A stretch of 64,000 bases of DNA from Pseudomonadota bacterium (GCA_021324885.1 JAJPIF010000019.1:21630-85629); one strand, 5' to 3'; shown: positions 22,993 through 33,430, numbered from the stretch's first letter. Numbers and translations: made by a program. Notes: generated from the letters alone by a model not told the origin.

Positions 22993-23715
22993 ATGGACGT
23001 GGTTAAACAGGAAATTCAAATCGCCAACGGCAGCCACAAGATGCCCTGTCATTTGGCCAAACCGGCCAGCGGCGGACCCTATCCGGGCGTGATCGTAATC
23101 ATGGAAGCGTTCGGGCTGAACAACAATATTCGTAATATCACGGACCGTTTTGCGGCTGAAGGCTTTGTCGCACTGGCGCCCGACATCTATTTCCGCCAGC
23201 CCAACAATGTGGTCGGCTACGACGATCTGCCCAATGCGATGCGCCTGATGCAAAGCGTCAAGGACGACGAAGTCACGGGCGACATCCAGGCGTCGGTGAA
23301 TTATCTCAGGTCGCTCAAAGAGGTGAAGCCGAAATTCGGCATCACCGGCTTCTGCATGGGCGGCAAAATCGCATTCCTGACTGCCTGCCGCGTGCCCGAT
23401 ATCGGCGCGAGCGTTCCGTTTTACGGCGGCGGGATGGTAACGCCGGGACCCAGCGGCAAGGCGCCGATCGATTACGTTGACGGACTGCGCGCACCGGTGC
23501 TGGCTTTCTTCGGCGGCAAGGACGCGTTCATCCCGATGGACCAGGTGGAAAAGTTCAAGTCCGCCCTGCAAAAGGCCGGCAAGCAGGCCGAAGTCATCGT
23601 GTACGAGGACGCCGACCACGGCTTCATGTGCGAGGAGCGCCCTGTGTACCATCCGGCGCACGCCAAGGAAGCCTGGGAAAAGACGGTCGCGTTTTTCAAA
23701 AAGCACCTGGCCTGA
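22993..23715 (+). CDS. Dienelactone hydrolase family protein
   Basis: PGVIVIMEAFGLNNNIRNITDRFAAEGFVALAPDIY, GITGFCMGG nucleophile elbow, and C-terminal YEDADHGF. Confidence 0.85.
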   Translation: MDVVKQEIQIANGSHKMPCHLAKPASGGPYPGVIVIMEAFGLNNNIRNITDRFAAEGFVALAPDIYFRQPNNVVGYDDLPNAMRLMQSVKDDEVTGDIQASVNYLRSLKEVKPKFGITGFCMGGKIAFLTACRVPDIGASVPFYGGGMVTPGPSGKAPIDYVDGLRAPVLAFFGGKDAFIPMDQVEKFKSALQKAGKQAEVIVYEDADHGFMCEERPVYHPAHAKEAWEKTVAFFKKHLA

Positions 23716-23937
23716 TTTCCGGGCCGCGTCAAAATTACATCAGCCACGCGAGCCGGCGGCATGCGCCCTCTCGGATGGCTGATCTGGTCCCGGCTGCCTT
23801 CCCCAAAACGGGAAATTGGTCGGCGGGCGAAGAAGCCTACCGGCAGGCCGCCGGTTGTGCTCCCGGCTGAGAGGCGCGTAAGGCGTGAGAAAACCCGGCT
23901 TTTATCGCGGCCTCGCCTCGCCGTGAGGAGTCGATAC

Positions 23938-25275
23938 TCACTGCATAATCTGAGCGAGACCGCTGGGCGAGGTGACTACCGCCATGTTGCGGTATTGGAT
24001 CGGCACCTGGTATTCAAAAGTCGGCGATTCGCTGATTGCGGTGCTGGCGTGAGTATTTTGAAAGTCGATTCCCATGGTGGAGATCGAGGTTCCGTAAATC
24101 ATCGTACGCTGACCGCGATAGTTCAGCGGCGGAAAGCCGTTCCATAGCAGCTTCCACAGCTTGCCGCTGCGGTCGTAGCTTTCGTTCATCACGTTCATCC
24201 AGGTGTCCGCGTCAACATAGTAGATGCGATGGGAAAAGCAGTAGGCGCCGTTGCTGGGCAGCCACGTCAGATCGAGCACGTAGAAATTGCGCAACATCCA
24301 GTGCGCCGCGCCGCTGCCGGCCCTGGGCCAGCCGGGAAAATCATCCCAATGCCCGTCGTTGACCATGCCAATCCAGTTGGCCATTCTGTAGCCTTTGCGC
24401 GGATCGGGATCGGGAACGATTTGCAGCAGTTTTTTCTCGCCCAGAAAAGCGACATGATAATTGCTCGGTAGCCATGAATTGTCGTCCTGCACATAATCGG
24501 TGCCCAGGATTGGCGCGCAGTGGGCCGCACTGGAAAGGCGCAGCGAGCGGCGCAGCGACGGAAGAAAAACATAGACCTCCTGCAATCTGGTCGGATCGTC
24601 CGTTTGCAGCGTCATCTCGGTAGTGTATTTCGACTGTTCCGGATACACCACGGTAAAGCGCGTGGTGTACAAAATCCCTTTGGCAAAGCTGAACCCCGGA
24701 GCAAATCCCGGATAGCTTATATGCGAGGTCCGGTACCAGCCCGCGTCCACACGCTGCGTGCTGCGGTTGCCGAACCGATCCACCAGCATCCCGTCGGACC
24801 AGAAGTGAACGGCCCAAGGCAGAAACTTCGCCCAGGTGTTGTATAGGATTTTGACGCCCAGGTTGGGCTCGGTGGGATTGGGAAAAGGCAGTCCGGCCAC
24901 ATATCCGCTCCAGCTGAAACCGCCGTTGGGCAATGGCACCAGGCGGGTCTGATTGGCGAACTTTTCGGTATCCTCCACGAACTTTTGCGGAAGCGGATAA
25001 TGCACCGTCGGCTCGACCACGATCGCGAACTCCGACCCGGGCCCGACGTGGGCAGCGTATTCGCCGCTGTACGCCGCCTGCATCCACACCGGCATGAAGC
25101 GGCGGTACTGTCTCCAGTTACTTAACGTGATGCGGGTGCCGGGAGGAATGGTGGCTTGCGAGTCCGCGTCCACAAGCTGGTTGAAGTTTTGCGCGCCGAA
25201 ATCCATCGCGGGCGCGGTCCCCAGCCAAACCAGGATGGCCAAGCCGATCGCCAAAACAGTGCTCGCGCGTTTCAT
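23938..25275 (-). CDS. DUF1329 domain protein (secreted, LolA-like fold family)
   Basis: Signal peptide, then IPPGTRITLSNWRQYRRFMPVWMQAAYSG...VVEPT, typical of DUF1329. Paralog at 38476-39918. Confidence 0.8.
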   Translation of the reverse strand: MKRASTVLAIGLAILVWLGTAPAMDFGAQNFNQLVDADSQATIPPGTRITLSNWRQYRRFMPVWMQAAYSGEYAAHVGPGSEFAIVVEPTVHYPLPQKFVEDTEKFANQTRLVPLPNGGFSWSGYVAGLPFPNPTEPNLGVKILYNTWAKFLPWAVHFWSDGMLVDRFGNRSTQRVDAGWYRTSHISYPGFAPGFSFAKGILYTTRFTVVYPEQSKYTTEMTLQTDDPTRLQEVYVFLPSLRRSLRLSSAAHCAPILGTDYVQDDNSWLPSNYHVAFLGEKKLLQIVPDPDPRKGYRMANWIGMVNDGHWDDFPGWPRAGSGAAHWMLRNFYVLDLTWLPSNGAYCFSHRIYYVDADTWMNVMNESYDRSGKLWKLLWNGFPPLNYRGQRTMIYGTSISTMGIDFQNTHASTAISESPTFEYQVPIQYRNMAVVTSPSGLAQIMQ

Positions 25276-25308
25276 GTCTTCGCTCCTTTCCGTGCGCGGC
25301 CGGTGTTA

Positions 25309-26598
25309 TCACGAATTCAACTCTTCGGCGCACGCGACCGGGTCGGGCCGGCCCGAGGGCGCAAGCGCGCGGGCGCCGATGCGCTGTTCGAACGAATCAG
25401 ACAAGCCGAGTTCTTTGGCGGTTTCTCTGAGCGCCGGAATGACTTCCTCCGCCAGAAGCCGCATGCTGGTCAGGCGCGCCTGGCGTCCAATCGGGCCGTC
25501 ATTCTGACACAAGCCCAGAACGCCGGGTCGGATAATCCGCAGCAGCCGGCGCAGCCGCGGTATGATCGTAGCGGGCGTCCCGACCATCAGCATTTCGCTC
25601 TTGCGCGCGCGGTCGTAATCCTGAGTGTGATACTTGCGGATTTCCTCTTCCACATCGAAGTGTTCGGGAATGGGCACGTTGCGCACCAAACTGGTGGTCG
25701 CCTGCGCCATCCGGCGGTTGACTTCCTTGGAGTTGTAGCCGGGCGGAAACATCCATTCGGGACGTCCGTAGTTCATCCAGTTGCCGCCGAACATGTCCAT
25801 CCGTCCCAGTTCCTCGGCCTTTTCTTCGGTCTCGGCGACGAAGACCTTTTGCTGGTAGCCGAAGCATTCGGGACCGGCCTGATAGCCTTCCTCGGCCGCG
25901 GTCTGCGCGTACAGGTTCCACATACCTATAGTCGACTCCAGTCCGGTGGACAGCGCGATGTATGGATAGCGATTGCGCGCCGCGAATATCACTGACTCAG
26001 GACTGAATATTCCCGGAATCCAGATTTGCGGATGCGGTTTTTGCACCGGCAGCACCCATGGACAGACAAAGCGGTAATGGAAATGTTTGCCTTCGAAACG
26101 AAACGGACCGGGTTGGGTCCATGCCTTGATAATCAGTTCATGCGCCTCGTTGAGCATCTCGCGGTTGTAGGCGGGATTGGCGCTGTTGAAGATGGTCTCG
26201 CAGCCGGTGCCTCTGATCCATCCTGAGACCAGCCGTCCGCCCGAGATCATATCGATCATGGCCAGTTCCTCGGCCAGACGCAGCGGATTGCCGACCACCG
26301 GCAGCGGATTGCCGACCAGCACGATTTTGGCCTTTTTGGTGACCCTGGCCAGAACCGACGCCTCGACGTTCATCACCGAGACCATGCAGAAAGGGGTCCC
26401 GTGATGCTCATTGAGCGCAAGGGCATCGAATCCGAGTTCCTCGGCATATACTTTTTCGTCGATATATTCATTAAGCAGCCGCGCGCCGTGGTTGGCGTCG
26501 AAATATGTATTGGACAAGCCGAAGAAACTGCGCCGCCGCACTACTTCGTCTTCGGGAATTCCGATGTACGGACGTTCGGAGAAGTACATTATCATCAT
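25309..26598 (-). CDS. LLM-class (luciferase-like) flavin-dependent oxidoreductase
   Basis: YAEELGFDALALNEHHGTPFCM... plus long TIM-barrel LLM features. 429 aa. Confidence 0.85.
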   Translation of the reverse strand: MMIMYFSERPYIGIPEDEVVRRRSFFGLSNTYFDANHGARLLNEYIDEKVYAEELGFDALALNEHHGTPFCMVSVMNVEASVLARVTKKAKIVLVGNPLPVVGNPLRLAEELAMIDMISGGRLVSGWIRGTGCETIFNSANPAYNREMLNEAHELIIKAWTQPGPFRFEGKHFHYRFVCPWVLPVQKPHPQIWIPGIFSPESVIFAARNRYPYIALSTGLESTIGMWNLYAQTAAEEGYQAGPECFGYQQKVFVAETEEKAEELGRMDMFGGNWMNYGRPEWMFPPGYNSKEVNRRMAQATTSLVRNVPIPEHFDVEEEIRKYHTQDYDRARKSEMLMVGTPATIIPRLRRLLRIIRPGVLGLCQNDGPIGRQARLTSMRLLAEEVIPALRETAKELGLSDSFEQRIGARALAPSGRPDPVACAEELNS

Positions 26599-26621
26599 GA
26601 TGAGCTTGCTCCCTTTGCCGA

Positions 26622-27434
26622 TCAGGCCAGAAATTCGCGCAGGTACTTTACGAATTCATCAGTTGATTCGATTTCCGGCCGATGACCGGCGCGCGCGATA
26701 ACCTTCAGCCGGGAGCCCGGGATTGCCTTGTTATATTCGCGCCCCGCGCTGAGCGGCACGACCGCGTCTTCGGCTCCCCACACTAGCGCCGCCGGCAGAC
26801 CCTTGAGTCCTTCAAGGTGGTGCGGCAGGCTCGGATTGTACATGTACGGTTTCCACGCCAGCCGCGCAGTCTCGATGCGCGCCTCCTCCCATTTTTCCAA
26901 CTGCTCAAGCGGCTCGAGGTGAGCGAACAGGCGGGAGAATTCGGGCGTGTCCCCCGGGTCGCGCACGCTGGTGCGCAGATAGGCGTTCACCGTCACGTTA
27001 TAAAGGTCGAAAATCTCACCCTGCGGCGGGCGGATTCCAACCGGCGCCACCAGCACCATCCGGCGGAACTGGGCGGGGTTTTGTATGGCCATCTCCGCCG
27101 CAATCCAGCCTCCCAGCGAAAACCCGATCACATCAATGGGAGCGAGCGCCTGCTCGCGCAGCAGCCGGCCGTAAAATGACGCCAGATCGTGGATTGAGCC
27201 AATCCAATCCAGACGCGGAGTGTGGCCGAATCCGGGATGCATCGGGATGAGCAGGGTGCGCTCACGCGCCAGTTCCGATTGCCATCGCAGCCATCCCGGA
27301 TAACCCAGTTCCTCATGCAGAACCATCAACGGTTCGCCCGAGCCGCCCTTGATCAAAGTGAGTTCGATGCCGGCGATCGGGATGCGATCCTCGGAGCATT
27401 GGTTGAGTTCCGCGGTGTTCGACGTGTGCGCCAT
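26622..27434 (-). CDS. Alpha/beta hydrolase (C-C bond / meta-cleavage-product hydrolase-like)
   Basis: Start MAHTSNTAEL. GFSLGGWIAAEMA nucleophile elbow. C-terminal ARAGHRPEIES. Paralog of 32642-33430. Confidence 0.8.
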   Translation of the reverse strand: MAHTSNTAELNQCSEDRIPIAGIELTLIKGGSGEPLMVLHEELGYPGWLRWQSELARERTLLIPMHPGFGHTPRLDWIGSIHDLASFYGRLLREQALAPIDVIGFSLGGWIAAEMAIQNPAQFRRMVLVAPVGIRPPQGEIFDLYNVTVNAYLRTSVRDPGDTPEFSRLFAHLEPLEQLEKWEEARIETARLAWKPYMYNPSLPHHLEGLKGLPAALVWGAEDAVVPLSAGREYNKAIPGSRLKVIARAGHRPEIESTDEFVKYLREFLA

Positions 27435-27448
27435 CGCCGCTCCCCATA

Positions 27449-28555
27449 TCAGCCCAGTTGATAAAGCCGTGCTGCGGTTTCGAATACCATCTTCCTGACC
27501 TCGGCCGAGGGAACGCCGGCAAAATCGCGGGCGATGACCTCGCGCGAATGGGGCCAGGTCGAATCCGAATGGGGGAAGTCGGAGGCCCACATCAGGTTAT
27601 CAGCGCCGATCGCGTCGCGGGTGCGCACGCCGATCACGTCGTCCTGGAAGGTGGCGCGGATCTGTCGGCGGAAATAAAATCCGGGGGGATGGGGAATCGC
27701 CCCGTGCGGCTCCAGGTATCGATATTTCTCATAAGCATGATCCAGCCGCTGGATGAAGTGCGCGACCCAGCCGATATCGTTTTCCACCGATACGATTTGC
27801 AGCTTTGGAAAACGCTCCAGCACCCCGCTCAGGATCAGCTCCGACAAGGTGCGCTGGATGGCGTGATGAAGCAGCGGATAGTAGCGCATCACGGTGGTCT
27901 TCCAGTTGCTGCTGCGGCGTTCGGTGAGAATATGAAAGCTCAGCGGCATCCCGAGCTCCTGCGCTGCCGCCCAGAAGACGTCATAGGACGGATCGCCGTA
28001 GGGACGCTCAGCCGGGGCGTCGCCCCATACCATCGCGCCGCGCAAACCCTTCCTTGCCGCCGCCGCCATTTCGGTTGCCGCCCGCCTGGGCTCGTCAAGG
28101 GAGATCATGGCGATGCCGGCCAGCCGGCGAGGGCTGTGCGAACAGTACTCGGCAAGCCAATCGTTGTAGGCGGCAAAGCTGGCCGCGCGCAACTCGGCGT
28201 CTTCGAGTTGAAACAGCGTCATCGCCAGGCTCGGATACAGCACTTCGCCGGCCACGCCGTCGCGCTCCTGATCCGCGATGCGCAGCGTTGGGTCCCACGC
28301 GCTCGGTCTTACCCCGGCATAGCCGCGGATCATGCGATCGGGAAATTCACTGGGATCGAAGCCGGCCACTGCGAAACCCGACACCGGAAAGGGCACCAGT
28401 CCTTCGGCCACAAACACGTCTGATTCGCGTCCGTGAAAATCCTGGCGCACGACTTTGGGAGCGCGCTCGCGCAGATGAGCCGGCACGCGCGAGGTCCACA
28501 GGTCGGCCGGTTCTATAATATGTGAGTCGGCGGAGACGATGGTCTCTTGTGTCAT
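27449..28555 (-). CDS. Amidohydrolase-2 (PF04909, ACMSD/LigW-like) family protein
   Basis: IVSADSHIIEPADLW... and C-terminal NLMWASDFPHSDSTWPHS are typical of the family. Confidence 0.85.
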   Translation of the reverse strand: MTQETIVSADSHIIEPADLWTSRVPAHLRERAPKVVRQDFHGRESDVFVAEGLVPFPVSGFAVAGFDPSEFPDRMIRGYAGVRPSAWDPTLRIADQERDGVAGEVLYPSLAMTLFQLEDAELRAASFAAYNDWLAEYCSHSPRRLAGIAMISLDEPRRAATEMAAAARKGLRGAMVWGDAPAERPYGDPSYDVFWAAAQELGMPLSFHILTERRSSNWKTTVMRYYPLLHHAIQRTLSELILSGVLERFPKLQIVSVENDIGWVAHFIQRLDHAYEKYRYLEPHGAIPHPPGFYFRRQIRATFQDDVIGVRTRDAIGADNLMWASDFPHSDSTWPHSREVIARDFAGVPSAEVRKMVFETAARLYQLG

Positions 28556-28604
28556 TGCAATTCTCCTTGCTGATTTGCCGCCAAGGGCTCGGCCAAATCT
28601 ATTT

Positions 28605-28619
28605 TTGAGAACTCCTCAA
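28605..28619. promoter_or_regulatory. Palindromic operator candidate 1 (TTGAG-N5-CTCAA)
   Basis: TTGAGAACTCCTCAA, in the divergent region between the amidohydrolase operon and the TetR gene. Confidence 0.45.
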
Positions 28620-28633
28620 GACCACCAGCGGCG

Positions 28634-28648
28634 TTGAGAATTACTCAA
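28634..28648. promoter_or_regulatory. Palindromic operator candidate 2
   Basis: TTGAGAATTACTCAA, 29 bp from copy 1. Confidence 0.45.
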
Positions 28649-28823
28649 GATGGATCCGGATGTCAAGAGGTGGGACGTCAGAGAAGAAAAGTGAGCGGGC
28701 AAAACCGGCGGACACTCCATCCCGACCGGCTGCCTTGCGCTTCCCGCGCTCTCTGCGTTGTTTTTCCGCTTGCGGCTTCTCTCTCCTTGTCCGCTCGCGT
28801 ACAATAGGCGCTCCAAGGAGGTC

Positions 28824-28838
28824 TTGAGGATTGCTCAA
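28824..28838. promoter_or_regulatory. Palindromic operator candidate 3 (overlaps the TetR RBS/start)
   Basis: TTGAGGATTGCTCAA, directly after AAGGAGG (28815-28821) and spanning the TTG start at 28831. Confidence 0.45.
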
Positions 28839-29571
28839 AACGGTGGAGGACAGTAAAACGCGGCGCCATCCCGGCTACCGCGCCGCCGATCGGCGGCGCG
28901 CCGCAATTATCGAAGCGCTTCGCCGCTCGATGCTGGACAAGGGATTTGCCGGAACCTCGCTGACCGAGCTGGCGAAGCGGGCAGGCATGTCGGTCAGCCA
29001 TTTCCTCTATTATTTCCCGGACAAGGAAACGGTGCTGGTCGACCTGGCGAAGTCGATTACCGACGAGACGCTGGCATTCATGGGGAGCCTGACCGCCAAA
29101 GCCCCGCAGGATCAATGCCGCGAACTGGTTGGTTTCTTCTTCGGCCATGTGCCCTCCAGCTACCGCAATCTGGTGCTGCAAACCATGGGAGTGGCAACCC
29201 ACGACCGTCAACTGCTTGCCCGCCAGCGCCATCAGGCCAGCAAATTCAGGGCCTTCCTTCGACAGCTTTTTCGCAAGTCACCGGGCCGGCCCGGCATTAC
29301 GGTTGACGACGCCGCCGCGATCGCGGCGGCGGTCTGGATCGGCCTGTACGTCAATTCCTGTTTCGATCCGGGTTTGACGATGCAGCGGGCGGCGCGGCTG
29401 ATGCTGGCCTCGATGTTATGGCTGGGCGGGTTGCAGGACGAGATTGCGATCAACGGGGTGAGTAAAAGCCGGGCCGGGGCGCGGCAAACCCAAAAGCCGC
29501 GCGCAGGCGCAAAACGCCCCGTCCTAAAACGTAAAAAAGCCGCCGCTTTCGCCAGTCCGCGTTCAGGTTGA
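28831..29571 (+). CDS. TetR/AcrR-family transcriptional regulator
   Basis: N-terminal HTH GFAGTSLTELAKRAGMSVSHFLYYFPDKETVL. TTG start 9 nt after AAGGAGG; a GTG alternative is at 28843. Confidence 0.85.
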   Translation: MLKTVEDSKTRRHPGYRAADRRRAAIIEALRRSMLDKGFAGTSLTELAKRAGMSVSHFLYYFPDKETVLVDLAKSITDETLAFMGSLTAKAPQDQCRELVGFFFGHVPSSYRNLVLQTMGVATHDRQLLARQRHQASKFRAFLRQLFRKSPGRPGITVDDAAAIAAAVWIGLYVNSCFDPGLTMQRAARLMLASMLWLGGLQDEIAINGVSKSRAGARQTQKPRAGAKRPVLKRKKAAAFASPRSG

Positions 29572-29615
29572 TTGCTGCCGGGGTTGGCGGAGCGGTGTTT
29601 TATCCGGAGGGGGTC

Positions 29616-30494
29616 ATGAAAATCGGACTGCAGCTTGCGCAAAACGCAGCTCCCGCGGACATCGGATACGTCGCGCGCCGGGTCGAGGAGTCGGGTTACT
29701 CATCGTTGTGGGTCAGCGACCATCTGCTGCTCCCCGCCGCCGGCTCGCCCCTGCCGCCGCTGGAAATCATGGAACCGGTCGTGATGCTGGCGTATGTGGC
29801 CGCGATAACAGACAGGATCAAATTGGGCACCAGCGTTTTGGTTTTGCCCTATCGCAATCCGGTGCATCTGGCCAAGGAGCTGGCGACGCTTTCGATCTTG
29901 TGCGGCGGCCGCTTGATCGCTGGCGTGGGCAGCGGATGGCTGGAGGCGGAATTTCGCGCTTTGGGTGCGCCGTTCCGGAGCCGCAGCGCGTTTACCGACG
30001 AAGCGATCCGTCTGATGCGCGCGCTCTGGGCCAATGAGGAGGCGCGCTTTGAGGGCCGCTTCTATTCGTTTTCGGGGATGCGCTTTGGACCGCGCCCGCC
30101 CGGCGGCCATATCCCAATCTGGGTCGGCGGCCAGAGCCGGCGCGCGATGAAACGCGCAATCGAACTGGGCGACGGCTACCATGGATCGCGCATGACCCCG
30201 GATCGGTTGGCGGTGCGAATCAAATGGCTGCGCGAGATCGCGGCGGCCACCGGGCGCAGCCTGGACCATTTTGCCGTTACCCATCGCGTTTACATTGGAT
30301 TTGCCGACCGATGGACTGAGGCGGGCGGCTACTTCGAAGGTGTTCTGGCGCCGCCCGCGCAAATCGCCGATTATCTCAACCGCTTCGCCGAGATTGGAGT
30401 CGAGGAGATGGTGGTTGTGCCGCTGGGTGAATCGCCGCGGCTGGATAGCTTCCTTGACCGTTTCGAGCGGGAAGTTCGTCCCCATCTATGCTGA
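29616..30494 (+). CDS. LLM-class F420-dependent oxidoreductase
   Basis: MKIGLQL... after GGAGGGGG. GYSSLWVSDHL, GSGWLEAEF and IPIWVGG motifs. Confidence 0.85.
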   Translation: MKIGLQLAQNAAPADIGYVARRVEESGYSSLWVSDHLLLPAAGSPLPPLEIMEPVVMLAYVAAITDRIKLGTSVLVLPYRNPVHLAKELATLSILCGGRLIAGVGSGWLEAEFRALGAPFRSRSAFTDEAIRLMRALWANEEARFEGRFYSFSGMRFGPRPPGGHIPIWVGGQSRRAMKRAIELGDGYHGSRMTPDRLAVRIKWLREIAAATGRSLDHFAVTHRVYIGFADRWTEAGGYFEGVLAPPAQIADYLNRFAEIGVEEMVVVPLGESPRLDSFLDRFEREVRPHLC

Positions 30495-30664
30495 TCGACC
30501 TGCTGCGCGCAGGCGAAGGTTGATGGCTGTGGAGCTGATAGTGTTGGTATGCGGCGTTGCGGTCAAGGTCGGACCGGCAATTGCGGTGAAAAACTCTTGA
30601 CCTTTTGCGGATCGTTTTGCATAAAGCTGGTTTTGAGTATCACTCAAAAAAAAGAGGCTTGACG

Positions 30665-31543
30665 ATGACCCAACAGGAACGGGAGTTTTTGCGCGACTTC
30701 GAAGCATTCCTGGCCAGCCCGCCGGCCGCGATTGAGGCGGTGCGGGCGCAGATTGACGCCTTCACCGATCGCCTCGACGCAATTGCACCCGGCGCGCCGC
30801 ACCTGGCTGATTACCGGGCCAATTTGCGGCTGCGCGAGGGGTTGGGCGCGGACCTCGCGGTGCCGGCGGGACCGGGGCCGCATCCCGTGTTGCTGTACCT
30901 GCATGGCGGCGGATGGGTTGCGGGCAGCCCCAAAAGCCATCGCCGGCTGGTCCAGCGTTTTGCCGAGGCGGGATACTTAACGCTCAGCGTTGACTATCGC
31001 CTCGCCCCCGAGCATCCCTTTCCCGCCGGCTACGACGATTGCGTGTTCGCGGCGCGATGGATTCGGGAAAACGCCGCCAAATGGAATGGCGCCGCGGATC
31101 GCGTCGCCATCGGCGGCGACTCGGCGGGAGCCAATCTGGCCGCGGCCGCGGCGGCGCTATCGGGAGAAGTCTTTCGCACCGCCTTGCTGATCTATGGAAT
31201 TTTCGACTTCGCCGGCGCGGTCAGGCGCGGCGCCATGGGAATTGAAGGCGTCGCCCAGGCTTATCTTGCCGCCGGCTATCCGGCCTTGCTGGCCGATCCG
31301 CGCGTCAGTCCGATCGCCGGCGTGACCGCGAAATTTCCCCCAACCTTCCTGATCGTCGGGAACAAAGACGCCCTTGTGCCGGAGTCGCTGGCGATGGCGC
31401 AGGCGCTCAAAACCGCCGGCGTCCCCCACGAACTGCGCGTCGTGCCCGATATGATCCACGGCTTCATCCAGTTCGACATGCTGGAGGAATGCCGCCAAAG
31501 CCTTGCCGCGATGTTCGCGTTTATGGACGCGCGGCTGCGGTAG
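30665..31543 (+). CDS. Alpha/beta hydrolase, esterase/lipase (HSL-like, Abhydrolase_3)
   Basis: LYLHGGGWVAGS oxyanion motif, GGDSAGANLA nucleophile elbow, and C-terminal DMIHGF. Confidence 0.85.
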   Translation: MTQQEREFLRDFEAFLASPPAAIEAVRAQIDAFTDRLDAIAPGAPHLADYRANLRLREGLGADLAVPAGPGPHPVLLYLHGGGWVAGSPKSHRRLVQRFAEAGYLTLSVDYRLAPEHPFPAGYDDCVFAARWIRENAAKWNGAADRVAIGGDSAGANLAAAAAALSGEVFRTALLIYGIFDFAGAVRRGAMGIEGVAQAYLAAGYPALLADPRVSPIAGVTAKFPPTFLIVGNKDALVPESLAMAQALKTAGVPHELRVVPDMIHGFIQFDMLEECRQSLAAMFAFMDARLR

Positions 31544-31735
31544 TTCGCGGCCGGCTCGTGCGGATCGCGCCGACGCCTTCAGGTTAGCACGCGGCGGAGC
31601 CCTGAAGCCGCGGTGCGCGCGCGCATTATCGCCGTCTCGACCGGCCGTTGCCACCCCGTTGTCGCCGTCGCGATTTGACATTGCGGACGCCGCCGACGAC
31701 CATCGCGATAAAGATTCCAGCGGGGTGAACTCGCG

Positions 31736-32566
31736 ATGATTGTCGAAACTCACTGCCACATTGTGGCGCCCGACCAGCGTAAATATCCGCGGCGCATCGC
31801 GCGGGGATTCCTTGGCGGATGGGTGCGGGACATGGCTGTGGAAGATCTTATCGCGCACCTGAGCAAGGCCGGCATCGATCGCGCCGTGCTGGTGCAGGCT
31901 TACGGAGCCTACGGCGGCGACAACAGTTATGTCGCGGACAGCGTCGCGCGCCATCCCGATCTGTTTGCGGGCGTCTTTGCGATCGATCCGACCCAAAGCG
32001 CTGCATCCGAGCAGGTGGCTTATTGGGCGCGCGAGCGCGGCCTGCACGGGGCGCGCTTGATCACGTTGACGCAGCCCGAACTGCCGCTGGACGATCCGCG
32101 GGTGATGGCGGTACTGGAACAAGTCGCGGTGCTGGAGATTCCGTTGTGTCTGCTGACGCAATTGCGCCAGTTGCCGTTGGCGGCGGCGATCCTGGAACGC
32201 TACCCGAAAATGAAAGTCGCGCTGGAGCACATGGCGACGCCGGACCTCAGAGACGGTCCGCCATACAGCAAGGCTCAGCCGCTGTTCGACCTTGCCCGTT
32301 TTCCGAATTGCTATGTCAAGTTCTCGACCGTAAGTATCGACGCCGCGATGGCCGGGCAAAGCACTTCGGCGGAGTTCTTCGGGCGCCTGGTGGACAGCTT
32401 CGGCGCCAACCGTCTGATCTGGGGCTCCAATTTTCCCGCAACTTACGATCGGACTCTGAAAGAACAGCTTGAACTGGCGCGCGCGCAACTTGCTTTTCTC
32501 TCATCCGAAGATCAGCGCTGGATCTTCGGCGAGTCAGCACTAACGCTTTGGCCGTCGCTGCGATGA
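31736..32566 (+). CDS. Amidohydrolase-2 (PF04909) family protein
   Basis: MIVETHCHIV... and LIWGSNFPATY are typical metal-dependent hydrolase signatures. Confidence 0.8.
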   Translation: MIVETHCHIVAPDQRKYPRRIARGFLGGWVRDMAVEDLIAHLSKAGIDRAVLVQAYGAYGGDNSYVADSVARHPDLFAGVFAIDPTQSAASEQVAYWARERGLHGARLITLTQPELPLDDPRVMAVLEQVAVLEIPLCLLTQLRQLPLAAAILERYPKMKVALEHMATPDLRDGPPYSKAQPLFDLARFPNCYVKFSTVSIDAAMAGQSTSAEFFGRLVDSFGANRLIWGSNFPATYDRTLKEQLELARAQLAFLSSEDQRWIFGESALTLWPSLR

Positions 32567-32641
32567 ACAGAAATCCAGCGTGTGGACTGCGTTCAAGACT
32601 CCTGATATCCAAACAGCAAGCCAGGCTAAGGAGCACCATCG

Positions 32642-33430
32642 ATGGCATCGGAATGGCGAACGGAAAAGATTCCCGTGGCGGGAACGGAGCTGACCTTCAT
32701 CAGGGGCGGCAGCGGACGGCCGCTGCTGGTGCTCCACGAAGAGCTGGGTCATCCCGGATGGCTGCGATGGCACTCTGAGCTGGCGCGCGACCGTGAAATC
32801 CTCATTCCGATTCAGCCCGGTTTTGCCGGTACTCCTCGCGTCGACTGGATCGCCAATATCCGCGATTTGGCGGGATTTTACGGCCGCGTCGCGCGCGAGA
32901 TGAAGCTGACGCCCGTCGATGTGATCGGTTTTTCCACCGGCGGATGGATCGCGGCTGAGATGGCAGCGCAGAATTTCCAGCAGTTCCGCCGGATGGTGCT
33001 GGTGGCGCCTGTGGGAATCCGTCCGCCTTCGGGCGAGATCATGGATATTTTCACGGTGACCGCACGAGCTTATCTCGCGGCTACCGTGCTGGACCAGAAC
33101 AACACGCCCGAGTTCGCCAGGCTTTATGGCGGAGAGCGCACGCCCGAGCAGTTCGAAGCCTTTGAGGACGCGCGTGCGGAAATCGCGCGCCTGGCGTGGG
33201 AGCCTTATTTCTTCAGCCCCAGCCTGCCCCATCTGCTCGAAGGTGTAGCCGGACTGCCGACGCTTATCATCTGGGGCAGACAGGACCCGGTGGTCCCGCT
33301 CAGCGCGGGTGAAGTGTACAACAAATCAATTGCGGGATCGAAACTGGCTGTGCTTGACCGCTGTGGCCATCGCCCGGAGATCGAGAAGACCGACGAGTTC
33401 ATAAAGCTGCTGCGCGATTTCCTCGCCTGA
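32642..33430 (+). CDS. Alpha/beta hydrolase (C-C hydrolase-like), paralog of 26622-27434
   Basis: GFSTGGWIAAEMA and DRCGHRPEIEK. Collinear similarity to the other copy over the whole length, judged by eye. Confidence 0.85.
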   Translation: MASEWRTEKIPVAGTELTFIRGGSGRPLLVLHEELGHPGWLRWHSELARDREILIPIQPGFAGTPRVDWIANIRDLAGFYGRVAREMKLTPVDVIGFSTGGWIAAEMAAQNFQQFRRMVLVAPVGIRPPSGEIMDIFTVTARAYLAATVLDQNNTPEFARLYGGERTPEQFEAFEDARAEIARLAWEPYFFSPSLPHLLEGVAGLPTLIIWGRQDPVVPLSAGEVYNKSIAGSKLAVLDRCGHRPEIEKTDEFIKLLRDFLA

